From the NCBI RefSeq assembly GCF_055900595.2, contig NZ_CM148325.1: a stretch of DNA of 64,000 nt; one strand, 5' to 3'. Position 1 is the first letter of the stretch. Every line of letters starts with the position of its first letter. The translations under genes were made by a program, and so were the position numbers. Shown piece after piece: positions 1 to 10,312 of the stretch. The notes beneath the pieces are model-generated. The model was not told the DNA's origin. It saw only the letters and a program-made list of their open reading frames with translations, and ran no database searches.

Positions 1-2400
1 CTGCTCAATTTTGGCAATTGAGCTTAGCGGCACCACGCCACCGTCGCTGCTGGTCAGGCGGATAGTATCCAGCGCCGCGAGGCCTGGGGTATTTTCGGTG
101 TTGTGTTCCAGCACCACGCGATACTGGTTGGCCTGAGTATAAATAGTGGAAATCAGTCGCTGACCAAACGCGTTGTACAGGGCGTTATCGACGTCCGCCA
201 TGCTGATCCCCAGACGGCTGGCGCTGTCGCGATCAACATTGACATACGCCACCAGCCCTTTGTCCTGCCAGTCACTGGAGACATCAGAAAGCTGTGGCAG
301 CTGCTGGAGTTTTTCCACGAGTTGCGGCACCCAGGTGCTGAGCGCATCCAGCGATGTGGCCTGCAAGGTAAACTGGTACTGGGTGCGGCTGACCTGAGTA
401 TCGATAGTCAGATCCTGCGTTGGTTGAAGGAAGAGATCGACACCCGGCACTTTATCGACCGCCGATTGTAGACGGGAGATAACTTTTTGCACCCGGTCAT
501 CACGTTCATCCAGCGGTTTGAGGTTGATTTGTAAACGCGCACTGTTCAGTGATGGGTTAGTGCCATCAACGCCAACAAATGAGGTCAGACTTTGCACTGC
601 CGGATCCTGCAAAATCACATCCGCGACCTGGCGTTGCCGCTGGGCCATATTGGCAAAGGAGCTGGACTGCGGTGCCTGCAAAGTGCCCTGAATAATGCCG
701 TTGTCCTGTACCGGGAAGAAACCTTTCGGAATGAACACCCATAAGAGAACGCTCAGCAGCAGCGTGCTGAGCGCCACGCTTAAGGTCAGCCACGGATGAT
801 TCAGCACTTTCGTAAGTCCACGACCATAGGCGGCAATTATCCTGTCGAACATTTTTTCCGAGGCCCGGGAGAAGCGGTTCTGTTTACGCAGCGACTCCTG
901 GCTGAGCATCCGCGCGCACATCATCGGTGTCAGGGTCAGAGACACCACGGCTGAGATCAAAATCGCGACGGCCAGAGTAATAGCAAATTCGCGGAACAGT
1001 CGCCCGACGATATCGCCCATAAACAGCAGTGGGATCAACACCGCAATCAGTGAGAAGGTCAGCGAGATAATGGTAAAGCCGATTTCACCCGCGCCCTTGA
1101 GCGCCGCCGCCAACGGTTTTTCGCCTTTTTCGATATAGCGGGAAATGTTTTCGATCACCACGATGGCGTCATCGACCACGAATCCGGTGGCGATAGTTAA
1201 CGCCATCAGCGTCAGGTTATTGATTGAAAAATCGAGAAACACCATAACCGCAAAGGTGCCAATTAACGACAGCGGCACGGCGACGCCAGGAATGATAGTC
1301 GCCGGAATATTGCGCAAAAACAGGTAGATAATCATGACTACCAGCGCGATAGCCATCATCAATTCAAACTGGGTATCGTTGACCGATGCGCGGATATTGG
1401 TAGTGCGATCGGAAAGTACCGTCACTTTTACCGATTTCGGCAGACTCTCGGTGAGCTGTGGCAGCATCTGCCGGATGCTGTCGGCGGTGGAGATAATGTT
1501 AGCACCAGGCTGGCGCTGAACATTCATCACAATGGCCTGTTCTTTGTTCGCCCATGCGCCAAGCCAACTGTTTTCTGCGCCTTGTTCAACGGTTGCGACA
1601 TCACCAAGACGAATCGGCGCGCCGTTCTGGTAGGCAATAATTAGCTGGCGATACTCTTCGGCGGATTGCATCTGGTCGTTCGCGGAAAGGGTGACCGCGC
1701 GGGAAGGGCCGTCGAGGCTACCTTTAGCCGAGTTAACGTTAGCACCGGTAATGGCGGTGCGCACGGTTTCGCTGGTCAGGCCGAGGGCGGCAATCGCCTG
1801 GGCGTTAAGTTTGACGCGAACAGCCGGACGCTGACCGCCGGAAAGCGTCACCAGCCCGACGCCGGAAATCTGCGAGATCTTCTGCGCGACGCGGGTTTCC
1901 ACCATATCTTCCACTTGCGTCATCGGCATGGCGGTTGATGTGACGGCAAGCGTCATGATCGGCGGATCTGCCGGATTCACTTTGCTGTATACCGGAGGGT
2001 TAGGCAGATCGCTCGGCAACAGGTTAGTGGCGGCGTTAATCGCGGCCTGCACTTCCTGCTCGGCGACATCCAGCGGCAATGTTAGCTGGAATTGCAAGGT
2101 GATAACTGACGCGCCGCCGGAACTTTGCGATGACATCTGTTTCAGGCCAGACATCTGCCCAAATTGGCGTTCGAGCGGCGCAGTAACGGCGGAGGTCATG
2201 ACATCCGGGCTGGCGCCAGGGTAGAGCGTGACCACCTGAATGGTCGGATAGTCCACTTCCGGCAGCGCCGAAACGGGCAGGGCGCGATATCCGATAATCC
2301 CGGCGAGTAAGATCGCCACCATCAGCAGCGTGGTGGCAACAGGACGCATAATAAACAGGCGCGACGGACCGCCTGTGCTGCTCGGGGGTAACACCTGCAT
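1..2400 (-). CDS. mdtB: Multidrug efflux RND permease MdtB, N-terminal part; gene continues beyond window start
   Basis: Reverse-strand ATG at 2400-2398 reads [20 protein letters not shown], which I recognise as the MdtB N-terminus. It overlaps the mdtA stop (ATGA). No stop codon in window, hence absent from ORF track. Confidence 0.85.
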   Translation of the reverse strand, partial: MQVLPPSSTGGPSRLFIMRPVATTLLMVAILLAGIIGYRALPVSALPEVDYPTIQVVTLYPGASPDVMTSAVTAPLERQFGQMSGLKQMSSQSSGGASVITLQFQLTLPLDVAEQEVQAAINAATNLLPSDLPNPPVYSKVNPADPPIMTLAVTSTAMPMTQVEDMVETRVAQKISQISGVGLVTLSGGQRPAVRVKLNAQAIAALGLTSETVRTAITGANVNSAKGSLDGPSRAVTLSANDQMQSAEEYRQLIIAYQNGAPIRLGDVATVEQGAENSWLGAWANKEQAIVMNVQRQPGANIISTADSIRQMLPQLTESLPKSVKVTVLSDRTTNIRASVNDTQFELMMAIALVVMIIYLFLRNIPATIIPGVAVPLSLIGTFAVMVFLDFSINNLTLMALTIATGFVVDDAIVVIENISRYIEKGEKPLAAALKGAGEIGFTIISLTFSLIAVLIPLLFMGDIVGRLFREFAITLAVAILISAVVSLTLTPMMCARMLSQESLRKQNRFSRASEKMFDRIIAAYGRGLTKVLNHPWLTLSVALSTLLLSVLLWVFIPKGFFPVQDNGIIQGTLQAPQSSSFANMAQRQRQVADVILQDPAVQSLTSFVGVDGTNPSLNSARLQINLKPLDERDDRVQKVISRLQSAVDKVPGVDLFLQPTQDLTIDTQVSRTQYQFTLQATSLDALSTWVPQLVEKLQQLPQLSDVSSDWQDKGLVAYVNVDRDSASRLGISMADVDNALYNAFGQRLISTIYTQANQYRVVLEHNTENTPGLAALDTIRLTSSDGGVVPLSSIAKIEQ

Positions 2401-3647
2401 CAGGAGCGTGCTCCTTTTTTCGCGTATTCGCGGCTGGTGGCTTTCTCTTCCGAAGTGGTGGCGCTCTGGGCTTCCACTACTTCCACTTTCGCCCCTTCGG
2501 TCAGGCGATCAATGCCGTCTGTCACTACGCGGTCGCCCGCAGAAATACCTGCGCGGATAACCACTTTCTCACTGTCCTGAATGCCCGGCGTCACCAGATG
2601 TTTGCTGACCTTGTTTTCGCTATTCAGCACCCAGACAAAATGGCCTTCATTGCCCATTTGCAGGGCGGCAGTTGGGATCACCACGGCGTTTTGTTCGGTG
2701 TCGACTAACATACGCGCGTTAACAAACTGATTGGGAAACAGTGCATCATCCTGATTATTAAAGCGTGCTTTCACTTTAATCGTACCGGTAGTGGCATCGA
2801 TTTGGTTATCGAGACTTAACAGCGTGCCTTCACTTAATTTCTTCGAGTTGGTGCGATCCCAGGCTTCTACCACCAGCGGTTTTCCGGCTTTTTGCGCCTG
2901 CACAACGGTAGCGATATCGCTTTCCGGCAGGGTAAAGACTAAATCGATAGGGTGCGTCTGGGTGATCACCACAATCCCGGTGGTATCACCACTGGAGATT
3001 TGGTTACCAACATCAACCTGCTTGAGACCAACGCGACCATCGACTGGCGCGGTGATGCGGCTCCAGTCGAGTTGCAGCTGTGCGCTGGCGACGCTTGCTT
3101 CATCAGCCTTAATGGTGCCTTCGGTTTCACTGACCAGCGCCTGTTGGGCATCCAGTTCCTGACGGGAGACGAGATTGGTTTTTGCCAGTTGCTGATAACG
3201 CGCTAAATCACGGCGGGCGTTGGCAAGCGTGGCTTTATCTTTTGCCAGTTGGCCCTGGGCTTGTGCTAATGCAACTTTGAACTGGCTGGGGTCAATTTCT
3301 GCCAGTAAATCGCCTGCTTTGACCTGCTGACCCTCCTGGAAATGTAATGCCATCAGTTGACCATCTACGCGACTGCGCACCGTAACGGTGTTAGCAGCGG
3401 TAATCGTACCAAGCCCGGTGAGGTAACGCGGAACTGCCTGTTCTACGGCTGTCGCCGCCTGAACCGGGGCTAATGGGCCGGAACGCATACCACGGCGACC
3501 ACCCGCTGGCGATTGCTGCGCTTGCTTCGTCGCACCTGGCGCTGCGCTCTGGGATTCATTGCGGCCTTGCCAGAACCAGAAAGCGGCGATGGCGGCGATA
3601 ACCACCACGATTACGATTACCCAACGGGATTTATTACTGCCTTTCAT
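2400..3647 (-). CDS. mdtA: Multidrug efflux membrane fusion protein MdtA (415 aa)
   Basis: Track ORF 2400..3794 trimmed to ATG at 3647 ([23 protein letters not shown]...). HlyD/RND adaptor-like coiled-coil sequence; synteny with mdtB. Confidence 0.9.
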   Translation of the reverse strand: MKGSNKSRWVIVIVVVIAAIAAFWFWQGRNESQSAAPGATKQAQQSPAGGRRGMRSGPLAPVQAATAVEQAVPRYLTGLGTITAANTVTVRSRVDGQLMALHFQEGQQVKAGDLLAEIDPSQFKVALAQAQGQLAKDKATLANARRDLARYQQLAKTNLVSRQELDAQQALVSETEGTIKADEASVASAQLQLDWSRITAPVDGRVGLKQVDVGNQISSGDTTGIVVITQTHPIDLVFTLPESDIATVVQAQKAGKPLVVEAWDRTNSKKLSEGTLLSLDNQIDATTGTIKVKARFNNQDDALFPNQFVNARMLVDTEQNAVVIPTAALQMGNEGHFVWVLNSENKVSKHLVTPGIQDSEKVVIRAGISAGDRVVTDGIDRLTEGAKVEVVEAQSATTSEEKATSREYAKKGARS

Positions 3648-3875
3648 CGTTAAGAGTTTCTCTTCCTGAAACGTTTCGCGGAATGATACTAGTGTAGCCA
3701 GCCAATAAGGGAGAAAAATGGAGGAATTATGAAACACTGTCGGGAATCGTCTGAATGGCAGGCACTTTTGCGAGCACGCATCCAGTAATAACACAGGAAA
3801 CTATTTTATCTGCGCGTTAGCGATAGACTGCATTCAGGGCAAAAGGAGGTAGGCCGACGATTTCAGCGGGACGCT

Positions 3876-4018
3876 GAAACGGGAAAGCCCCTCCCGAGGA
3901 AGGGGCCTTAAATAAGGAAAGGGTCATGATGAAGTGGATCATCATCGTGGTGCTCTTAGTCGTTAGCTACCCAGCTTACTAAGACTACCAGGGCGGGGGA
4001 AACCCCGCTCAACCCTCA
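3876..4018 (-). ncRNA. sib: Sib-family antisense sRNA (antitoxin), copy 1; ends approximate
   Basis: Reverse-strand promoter: -35 TTGACA (4053..4048), 17-bp spacer, -10 TATTTT (4030..4025). Fully antisense to ibs copy 1. Hairpin 3887..3907 plus U-rich tract on the minus strand is the candidate terminator. Confidence 0.6.
3926..3982 (+). CDS. ibs: Ibs-family type I toxin peptide, copy 1 (MMKWIIIVVLLVVSYPAY)
   Basis: 18-codon hydrophobic ORF with ATGATG start and RBS-like aggaaagg upstream, inside the first 328-bp tandem repeat. Matches Ibs toxin family features. Confidence 0.75.
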   Translation: MMKWIIIVVLLVVSYPAY

Positions 4019-4203
4019 CTCCTGAAAATATGCCTTCACGGTCAGAATGTCAATCCGCAGGCTTTGCAGTCTGCGATCCTGCCAGCAAATATTCTTTGCG
4101 AGTCGTTACGCAATAATCACAGATGAAACTATTTTATCTACGCGTTAGCGATAGACTGCATTCAGGGCAAAAGGAGGTAGGCCGACGATTTCAGCGGGAC
4201 GCT

Positions 4204-4346
4204 GAAACGGGAAAGCCCCTCCCGAGGAAGGGGCCTTAAATAAGGAAAGGGTCATGATGAAGCTACTCATCATCGTGGTGCTCTTAGTCATTAGCTTACC
4301 GGCTTACTAAGACTACCAGGGCGGGGGAAACCCCGCTCTACCCTCA
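4204..4346 (-). ncRNA. sib: Sib-family antisense sRNA, copy 2; ends approximate
   Basis: Reverse-strand -35 TTGACA at 4381..4376 with -10 TACTTT at 4358..4353 (17-bp spacer). Antisense to ibs copy 2. Confidence 0.55.
4254..4310 (+). CDS. ibs: Ibs-family type I toxin peptide, copy 2 (MMKLLIIVVLLVISLPAY)
   Basis: Same architecture as copy 1, displaced exactly 328 bp. Confidence 0.75.
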   Translation: MMKLLIIVVLLVISLPAY

Positions 4347-4531
4347 CTCCTGAAAGTATGCTTTCACAATCAGATTGTCAATCCGCAGGCTTTGTAGTCT
4401 GCGATCCTGCCAGCAAATATTCTTTGCGAGACGTTACGCAATAATCACATGTGAAACTATTTTATCTGCAAGTTAGCGATAGACTGCTTGCATGGCGAAA
4501 GGAGGTAGGCCGCCGATTTCAGCGGGACGCT

Positions 4532-4675
4532 GAAACGGGAAAGCCCCTCCCGAGGAAGGGGCCTTAAATAAGGAAAGGGTCATGATGAAGCTACTCATCA
4601 TCGTGGTGCTCTTAGTTATTAGCTGGCCAGCTTACTAAGACTACCAGGGCGGGGGGAAACCCCGCTCTACCCTCA
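4532..4675 (-). ncRNA. sib: Sib-family antisense sRNA, copy 3; ends approximate
   Basis: Reverse-strand -35 TTGACA at 4710..4705; weaker -10 (TAACTT). Antisense to ibs copy 3. Confidence 0.5.
4582..4638 (+). CDS. ibs: Ibs-family type I toxin peptide, copy 3 (MMKLLIIVVLLVISWPAY)
   Basis: Third repeat unit, 328 bp after copy 2; same start context. Confidence 0.75.
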   Translation: MMKLLIIVVLLVISWPAY

Positions 4676-4856
4676 CTCCTGAAGTTATGTTACTCCACCC
4701 TTATTGTCAATCTGTAAGTCCACGTTCTTGCGGGGCGAATAGCAAAACCCTCTGCGCTTATGGGCCGAATTCTGAAAGTTGCTTTGCCTGCTCTTATTTC
4801 ATTGTTGCAGTCGGTATGATACCGGACCTCAATAATTCTCTAAGAAAGGATTTCTT

Positions 4857-5516
4857 ATGAGCGAACAAATCACGTTTGCCACCAGCGATTTTGCCAGTAA
4901 CCCGGAACCACGTTGCCCCTGCATTTTGCTGTTGGATGTTTCTGGTTCGATGAGTGGTAGACCTATTAATGAACTTAACGCCGGATTGGTTGCCTTTCGC
5001 GATGAGCTGCTTGCCGATTCGCTGGCTTTAAAAAGAGTGGAACTCGGTATTGTGACGTTCGGCCCGGTGCATGTGGAACAACCATTTACCAGCGCCGCTA
5101 ATTTTTTCCCGCCCATCCTGTTTGCCCAGGGCGATACACCAATGGGGGCCGCCATTACCAAAGCCCTGGATATGGTTGAGGAGCGCAAACGTGAGTATCG
5201 AGCCAATGGTATTTCCTATTATCGTCCGTGGATTTTCCTGATTACCGATGGCGCACCAACCGATGAGTGGCAGGCTGCTGCCAACAAGGTGTTTCAGGGG
5301 GAAGAAGATAAGAAGTTTGCCTTCTTTTCCATCGGTGTTCAGGGGGCGGATATGAAGACGCTGGCCCAAATCAGCGTTCGTCAGCCTTTGCCTCTTCAAG
5401 GATTACAATTCCGCGAACTGTTTAGCTGGTTATCCAGTTCGCTGCGTTCGGTTTCCCGCTCCACGCCGGGAACGGAAGTTGTACTGGAAGCGCCAAAAGG
5501 CTGGACGTCAGTGTGA
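4857..5516 (+). CDS. yegL: von Willebrand factor A domain protein YegL (219 aa)
   Basis: ATG at 4857 with RBS aaagga. MIDAS-like motif DVSGSM near the N-terminus. Confidence 0.9.
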   Translation: MSEQITFATSDFASNPEPRCPCILLLDVSGSMSGRPINELNAGLVAFRDELLADSLALKRVELGIVTFGPVHVEQPFTSAANFFPPILFAQGDTPMGAAITKALDMVEERKREYRANGISYYRPWIFLITDGAPTDEWQAAANKVFQGEEDKKFAFFSIGVQGADMKTLAQISVRQPLPLQGLQFRELFSWLSSSLRSVSRSTPGTEVVLEAPKGWTSV

Positions 5517-6274
5517 GCTGGCGTCTGGTTTATGCATCAGCCGTTGGAACGTCGCACATCAGCGCTGACTTGTCTTGCCAGGATGCCTGCCAGATGCAGG
5601 TTGCCTGGCTAGAAGACCAGCAGCCATTATTGTCGGTATTTGTCGCTGATGGCGCAGGCAGCGTCTCGCAGGGAGGCGAAGGTGCGAAGCTTGCCGTCAA
5701 TGAAGCGATGGCTTATATATCGCAAAAAGTGCAGGGTGGGGAATTGGAGCTTAATGATGTCCTCGCCACGGATATTGTACTGACTATTCGTCAGCGACTT
5801 TTTGCCGAGGCAGAGGCCAAAGAATTAGCGGTTCGTGATTTTGCCTGCACATTTCTGGGACTGATTTCATCACCTAACGGCACATTGATTATGCAGATTG
5901 GCGATGGTGGCGTGGTGGTAGATTTGGGGCACGGTCTGCAATTGCCGCTCACGCCGATGGTGGGTGAATATGCCAACATGACGCATTTCATTACCGATGA
6001 AGATGCCGTTTCCAGACTGGAAATTTTCACCAGCACTGAGCGTGCGCATAGAGTTGCAGCATTTACGGATGGTATTCAGAGACTGGCGTTAAATATGCTG
6101 GATAATTCTCCGCATGTGCCTTTCTTTACCCCGTTTTTCAATGGACTGGCGTCAGCAACGCAGGAACAACTCGATTTATTACCTGAATTGTTAAAGCAGT
6201 TTTTGTCCAGCCCGGCGGTAAACGAGCGTACGGATGATGATAAAACGTTGGCACTGGCGCTGTGGACAGAATGA
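5513..6274 (+). CDS. yegK: PP2C-family serine/threonine phosphatase YegK/PphC (253 aa)
   Basis: GTG start at 5513 overlapping the yegL stop (GTGA); translation [15 protein letters not shown].... PP2C assignment is from family knowledge. Confidence 0.85.
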   Translation: MSWRLVYASAVGTSHISADLSCQDACQMQVAWLEDQQPLLSVFVADGAGSVSQGGEGAKLAVNEAMAYISQKVQGGELELNDVLATDIVLTIRQRLFAEAEAKELAVRDFACTFLGLISSPNGTLIMQIGDGGVVVDLGHGLQLPLTPMVGEYANMTHFITDEDAVSRLEIFTSTERAHRVAAFTDGIQRLALNMLDNSPHVPFFTPFFNGLASATQEQLDLLPELLKQFLSSPAVNERTDDDKTLALALWTE

Positions 6275-6338
6275 ACATCGCATGGCGGTTGAAGACAACG
6301 GTTCAACCGCCAGTTTAAGCAATCAATATAATGGCTGG

Positions 6339-6800
6339 CTAGCGAACTAATTTTGCTCTTAGCTCGTCGGCTTCTTCTTTTGGATAGGTGACCAATAAAG
6401 GATCAATGGTATAACCACCGTAAATTTTATCTCCGCGCGTATACATCCAGTCTGAAATATCTTCTTTCTTGATTTTCCACTCCTGGCCATATTCTACGTT
6501 TGTAACAATACCAGGGTCATTGCTTATTATACCAATAAACATGCCGTTAGAATAAGTGACATCCGTGAGCCAGAAATGCTCGGTTTCTCCGCGATCGGTT
6601 ATCGGGGCTTTGACTGCGAAAGTATCAGCATCTTTTTTATTCATAACTTCGATGAATTGATCGGTTTCTTTCCGCGCATGTTGAATGGCGTCAGACATCG
6701 CCTTTTTATCATAACCTCCTGTCACTAACGTATCCGAAATCTCACAATAGCTTGCGGTAGTAAAAAATAGCAGACTCAACATAAGTAATATCTTTTTCAT
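6339..6800 (-). CDS. yegJ: Exported DUF2314-type protein YegJ (153 aa) with N-terminal signal peptide
   Basis: ATG at 6800; N-terminus MKKILLMLSLLFFTTASYC is signal-peptide-like. Lower GC than neighbours. Confidence 0.8.
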   Translation of the reverse strand: MKKILLMLSLLFFTTASYCEISDTLVTGGYDKKAMSDAIQHARKETDQFIEVMNKKDADTFAVKAPITDRGETEHFWLTDVTYSNGMFIGIISNDPGIVTNVEYGQEWKIKKEDISDWMYTRGDKIYGGYTIDPLLVTYPKEEADELRAKLVR

Positions 6801-7000
6801 TTTTTCTCCAGAATCCCTGTGTAGTAAAAGTTAGCAAAAAACCTGTGGAAGTGAATCATTATCAGGTTGGAATTGAATTGTATCCTGATGAAATTGCATT
6901 ATCATTTTTATTCTTGAGTGGGACTCTTCCAATATAGAAATAATTATAATGGACAGTGTTATTATTCATAGAAATATAATATAACTGCCCTTGAAACATT

Positions 7001-8947
7001 ATGAAGACAAATATAAAAGTATTTACATCGACAGGTGAATTGACCACTCTCGGGCGTGAACTGGGCAAAGGCGGCGAAGGTGCGGTTTATGATATCGAGG
7101 AGTTTGTCGATAGCGTTGCCAAGATTTATCACACGCCGCCACCCGCCTTAAAACAGGATAAACTTGCCTTTATGGCTGCGACAGTTGACGCGCAGTTGCT
7201 GAATTATGTCGCCTGGCCGCAGGCAACGCTTCATAGTGGACGAGGTGGGAAGGTTATCGGTTTTATGATGCCGAAGGTTTCAGGTAAAGAACCGATTCAT
7301 ATGATCTATAGCCCGGCACATCGTCGTCAGAGTTACCCTCATTGTGCGTGGGATTTTCTCCTCTATGTTGCGCGCAATATTGCTTCATCTTTTGCTACGG
7401 TTCACGAGCACGGGCACGTCGTGGGTGACGTAAACCAGAACAGCTTTATGGTAGGCCGTGACAGCAAAGTGGTGTTGATTGATAGCGACTCCTTTCAGAT
7501 TAACGCCAATGGAACGCTGCATTTATGCGAAGTGGGCGTGTCGCATTTTACGTCGCCAGAGCTGCAAACCTTGCCATCATTTGTTGGCTTTGAACGCACA
7601 GAAAATCACGATAATTTTGGCCTTGCATTGCTGATTTTTCACGTATTGTTTGGTGGGCGGCATCCTTATTCTGGTGTGCCGCTTATCTCTGATGCGGGTA
7701 ATGCGCTGGAGACGGATATTGCCCATTTTCGTTATGCCTACGCGTCAGACAATCAGAGACGTGGCTTAAAACCGCCGCCACGATCGATTCCGCTATCGAT
7801 GTTACCGGGTGATGTTGCAGCCATGTTTCAGCAGGCGTTCACGGAAAGTGGCGTGGCAACCGGGCGTCCGACGGCAAAAGCGTGGGTTGCGGCACTGGAT
7901 TCTCTACGCCAACAATTAAAGAAATGTACCGTTTCAGCAATGCATGTTTACCCTGGTCATTTAACCGACTGCCCGTGGTGTACACTGGATAATCAAGGCG
8001 TTATCTATTTTATTGATCTTGGCGAAGAGGTGATTACCACCGGCGGTGATTTTGTGCTGGCGAAAGTCTGGGCGATGGTGATGGCGTCAGTAGCACCGCC
8101 AGCACTACAGTTACCATTACCCGATCATTTCCAACCGACTGGCAGGCCGCTTCCTTTAGGCCTGTTACGGCGTGAATACATCATTCTGATTGAGATCGCA
8201 CTGTCAGCGTTATCGCTGTTGCTTTGCGGCCTTCAGGCAGAACCGCGTTATATTATTTTGGTTCCTGTGCTGGCGGCTATCTGGATTATTGGCAGCCTGA
8301 CAAGCAAAGCGTACAAAGCAGAAATCCAGCAACGCCGTGAGGCGTTTAATCGCGCGAAAATGGACTATGACCATTTAGTCAGCCAGATCCAACAGTTGGG
8401 CGGGTTGGAAGGTTTTATCGCCAAACGGACGATGCTCGACAAAATGAAGGACGAAATTCTCGGTTTACCGGAAGAAGAAAAGCGCGCGGTGGCAGCACTT
8501 CACGACACCGCAAGGGAACGGCAGAAGCAGAAGTTTCTGGAGGGATTTTTTATTGATGTTGCCTCTATTCCCGGCGTTGGCCCTGCGCGTAAAGCGGCGT
8601 TACGGTCCTTTGGTATTGAAACGGCGGCAGACGTTACCCGACGGAGCGTTAAGCAAGTTAAAGGTTTTGGTGATCATCTGACCCAGGCGGTTATTGACTG
8701 GAAAGCGAGTTGCGAACGCCGTTTTGTGTTCAGGCCGAATGAAGCGATAATGCCAGCAGACAGACAAGCGGTAATGGCGAAAATGACCGCCAAACGACAT
8801 CGGCTGGAATCGGCGTTGACTGTCGGCGCGACAGAGTTGCAGCGATTCCGCCTTCATGCTCCTGCACGGACCATTCCGTTGATGGAACCATTACGTCAGG
8901 CAGCGGAGAAACTGGCTCAGGCGCAGGCTGATTTAAGCCGCTGCTGA
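7001..8947 (+). CDS. yegI: Atypical Ser/Thr protein kinase-like membrane protein YegI (648 aa)
   Basis: ATG at 7001. Gly-rich loop GKGGEGAVY, catalytic-loop-like HGHVVGDVNQNS, two hydrophobic TM segments (around aa 385-440), C-terminal helix-hairpin-helix motif IPGVGPARKAALRSFG. Confidence 0.9.
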   Translation: MKTNIKVFTSTGELTTLGRELGKGGEGAVYDIEEFVDSVAKIYHTPPPALKQDKLAFMAATVDAQLLNYVAWPQATLHSGRGGKVIGFMMPKVSGKEPIHMIYSPAHRRQSYPHCAWDFLLYVARNIASSFATVHEHGHVVGDVNQNSFMVGRDSKVVLIDSDSFQINANGTLHLCEVGVSHFTSPELQTLPSFVGFERTENHDNFGLALLIFHVLFGGRHPYSGVPLISDAGNALETDIAHFRYAYASDNQRRGLKPPPRSIPLSMLPGDVAAMFQQAFTESGVATGRPTAKAWVAALDSLRQQLKKCTVSAMHVYPGHLTDCPWCTLDNQGVIYFIDLGEEVITTGGDFVLAKVWAMVMASVAPPALQLPLPDHFQPTGRPLPLGLLRREYIILIEIALSALSLLLCGLQAEPRYIILVPVLAAIWIIGSLTSKAYKAEIQQRREAFNRAKMDYDHLVSQIQQLGGLEGFIAKRTMLDKMKDEILGLPEEEKRAVAALHDTARERQKQKFLEGFFIDVASIPGVGPARKAALRSFGIETAADVTRRSVKQVKGFGDHLTQAVIDWKASCERRFVFRPNEAIMPADRQAVMAKMTAKRHRLESALTVGATELQRFRLHAPARTIPLMEPLRQAAEKLAQAQADLSRC

Positions 8948-8959
8948 GCCATTTTTCAA

Positions 8960-10312
8960 TTAACGAAACACCACTTCAGCCCAACGTGCCAGCCCGGCGG
9001 TAACCGACCCAAAGTCATCGCCGCCTGCAATCGGAATGCCCGGCAACTGTTCTGCCAGCGCTTTTTTAATCAGCGGGGATCGGGCGCTACCACCAGTCAG
9101 ATAGATGACATCCGGTTTTTCCTGGGCGTTATCCAGCGCCAGTTGCACCTGTTCCAGAATTCGCGCCAGCGGCTGACTGAGGGCGTTTTCCAGCCCTTGT
9201 TGGCTAATCAGTGTTGCCAGCTCATCGCTGATAAACGGCAGCGATGCGCGGGTTTCCGCTGCGCTGGAAAGGGCGATTTTGCTCTCTTCCGCGCTGCGTA
9301 CCAGCCGATAACTTAAACGCTGACGCCAGACTTTCTGTAACAGGGCCACTTTCGCCGGTTCGCGGGCGTCGCGTACCAGGTCGTTAAGCAGACGACCGTT
9401 AGCACTACTGTAGAAATCACTCTGCGCAGGTACATCGTTGATGGCAACCGCATTCCACCACGGCAGAATCGGCAGGGCGATGCCTTTTTCGGTTTCGCCA
9501 CCCATGCCCAGTAACGGCATCAGGTTTTTAAACGCCAGCGCGATATCCAGATCGTTACCACCAATACGGCAACCACTATGACCCAGCAGGCTGGCTTCAC
9601 GATCGAGACGCGAACGCCACTGTGGCCCCATTAGCAGTAAAGAACAGTCAGTCGTACCACCACCAATATCCACCACCAGCACCCGTTTTTCTTCCTGCAA
9701 GGTGGCTTCGTAATCCAGCCCAGCCGCCACCGGCTCGTACTGGAATACCACATCCTTAAACCCGGCACGCTTCGCTGCGCGCTCCAGAATCCCTTGTGCC
9801 TGGGCGTTTGCTTCATCGCCGCCCAGCCCCTGGAAGTTGATCGGGCGACCAATCACCGCCTGGGTAATCGCTTCTGGCAATTGCGCCTGTGCCTGTTGGC
9901 GAATGTGCAGCATCATTGCGCAGACCAGATCCTCAAACAGCGCTACCTGCTGCGGTTTTAAGCCGCTGGCACCGAGGAACGATTTTGGTGATTTCACAAA
10001 CCACACTTCTTCCGGATCATCAATGTATTGTGCCAGTGAAGAAAGACCGAACTGCACGCTTTTCGCCGTGACATCGATATCTTCTTCGCGGTTATAACGA
10101 ATCGCCCGACGCAGCAGCGCCTGCGTTTCATCGTCGTCTGCCGGAACATCATGATGGCGGTACAGCCATTCGCTTACGGCTTCACGCGTTGGCGCGCAAA
10201 GCATTGAAGGCAGCAGCGTGCTGTCGTTTTCCATTTTTAGCAAATGCGGTTTACCGTCACGCATGACCGCCACTGAACAGTTTGCTGTACCGTAATCAAA
10301 ACCAATAAACAC
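8960..10312 (-). CDS. yegD: Hsp70-like (actin-fold ATPase) protein YegD (450 aa)
   Basis: Track ORF 8960..10375 trimmed to GTG at 10312 (VFIGFDYGTANCSVAV...). DxG ATPase motifs FIGFDYGT and DIGGGTTD. Confidence 0.85.
   Translation of the reverse strand: MFIGFDYGTANCSVAVMRDGKPHLLKMENDSTLLPSMLCAPTREAVSEWLYRHHDVPADDDETQALLRRAIRYNREEDIDVTAKSVQFGLSSLAQYIDDPEEVWFVKSPKSFLGASGLKPQQVALFEDLVCAMMLHIRQQAQAQLPEAITQAVIGRPINFQGLGGDEANAQAQGILERAAKRAGFKDVVFQYEPVAAGLDYEATLQEEKRVLVVDIGGGTTDCSLLLMGPQWRSRLDREASLLGHSGCRIGGNDLDIALAFKNLMPLLGMGGETEKGIALPILPWWNAVAINDVPAQSDFYSSANGRLLNDLVRDAREPAKVALLQKVWRQRLSYRLVRSAEESKIALSSAAETRASLPFISDELATLISQQGLENALSQPLARILEQVQLALDNAQEKPDVIYLTGGSARSPLIKKALAEQLPGIPIAGGDDFGSVTAGLARWAEVVFR

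Larger units (their letters stand above)
3740..4720. repeat. Tandem array of three ~328-bp sib/ibs repeat units (QUAD-type repeats)
   Basis: Direct sequence repetition visible at 328/329-bp period; units differ by point substitutions and a 1-bp indel. Confidence 0.9.

Noticed and set aside
103-471. ORF-track ORFs at the window start (103..471 +, 173..397 +, 153..347 -)
   Set aside because: They lie inside or antisense to mdtB, whose reading frame I verified from its ATG at 2400. Low-complexity translations and no RBS.
2400-3794. N-terminally extended ORF-track versions of mdtA, yegD, alkA, udk, yegH, wzc, wcaD, cpsG, galF, wzzB, hisA and hisB
   Set aside because: The track uses TTG/GTG and the most upstream start. 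In each case a downstream ATG or GTG gives the length and N-terminus I recognise for the E. coli protein, so the extensions were trimmed.
3740-4720. Possible CRISPR array or rRNA/tRNA-like repeats at the three 328-bp units
   Set aside because: The period is far too long and each unit contains a small ORF plus a convergent promoter, which is the sib/ibs architecture.
6862-7068. 68-aa ORF on the minus strand in the yegJ-yegI intergenic region
   Set aside because: Extremely AT-rich, low-complexity translation (NNNTVHYNYFYIG...) overlapping the yegI start; more likely promoter DNA than a gene.
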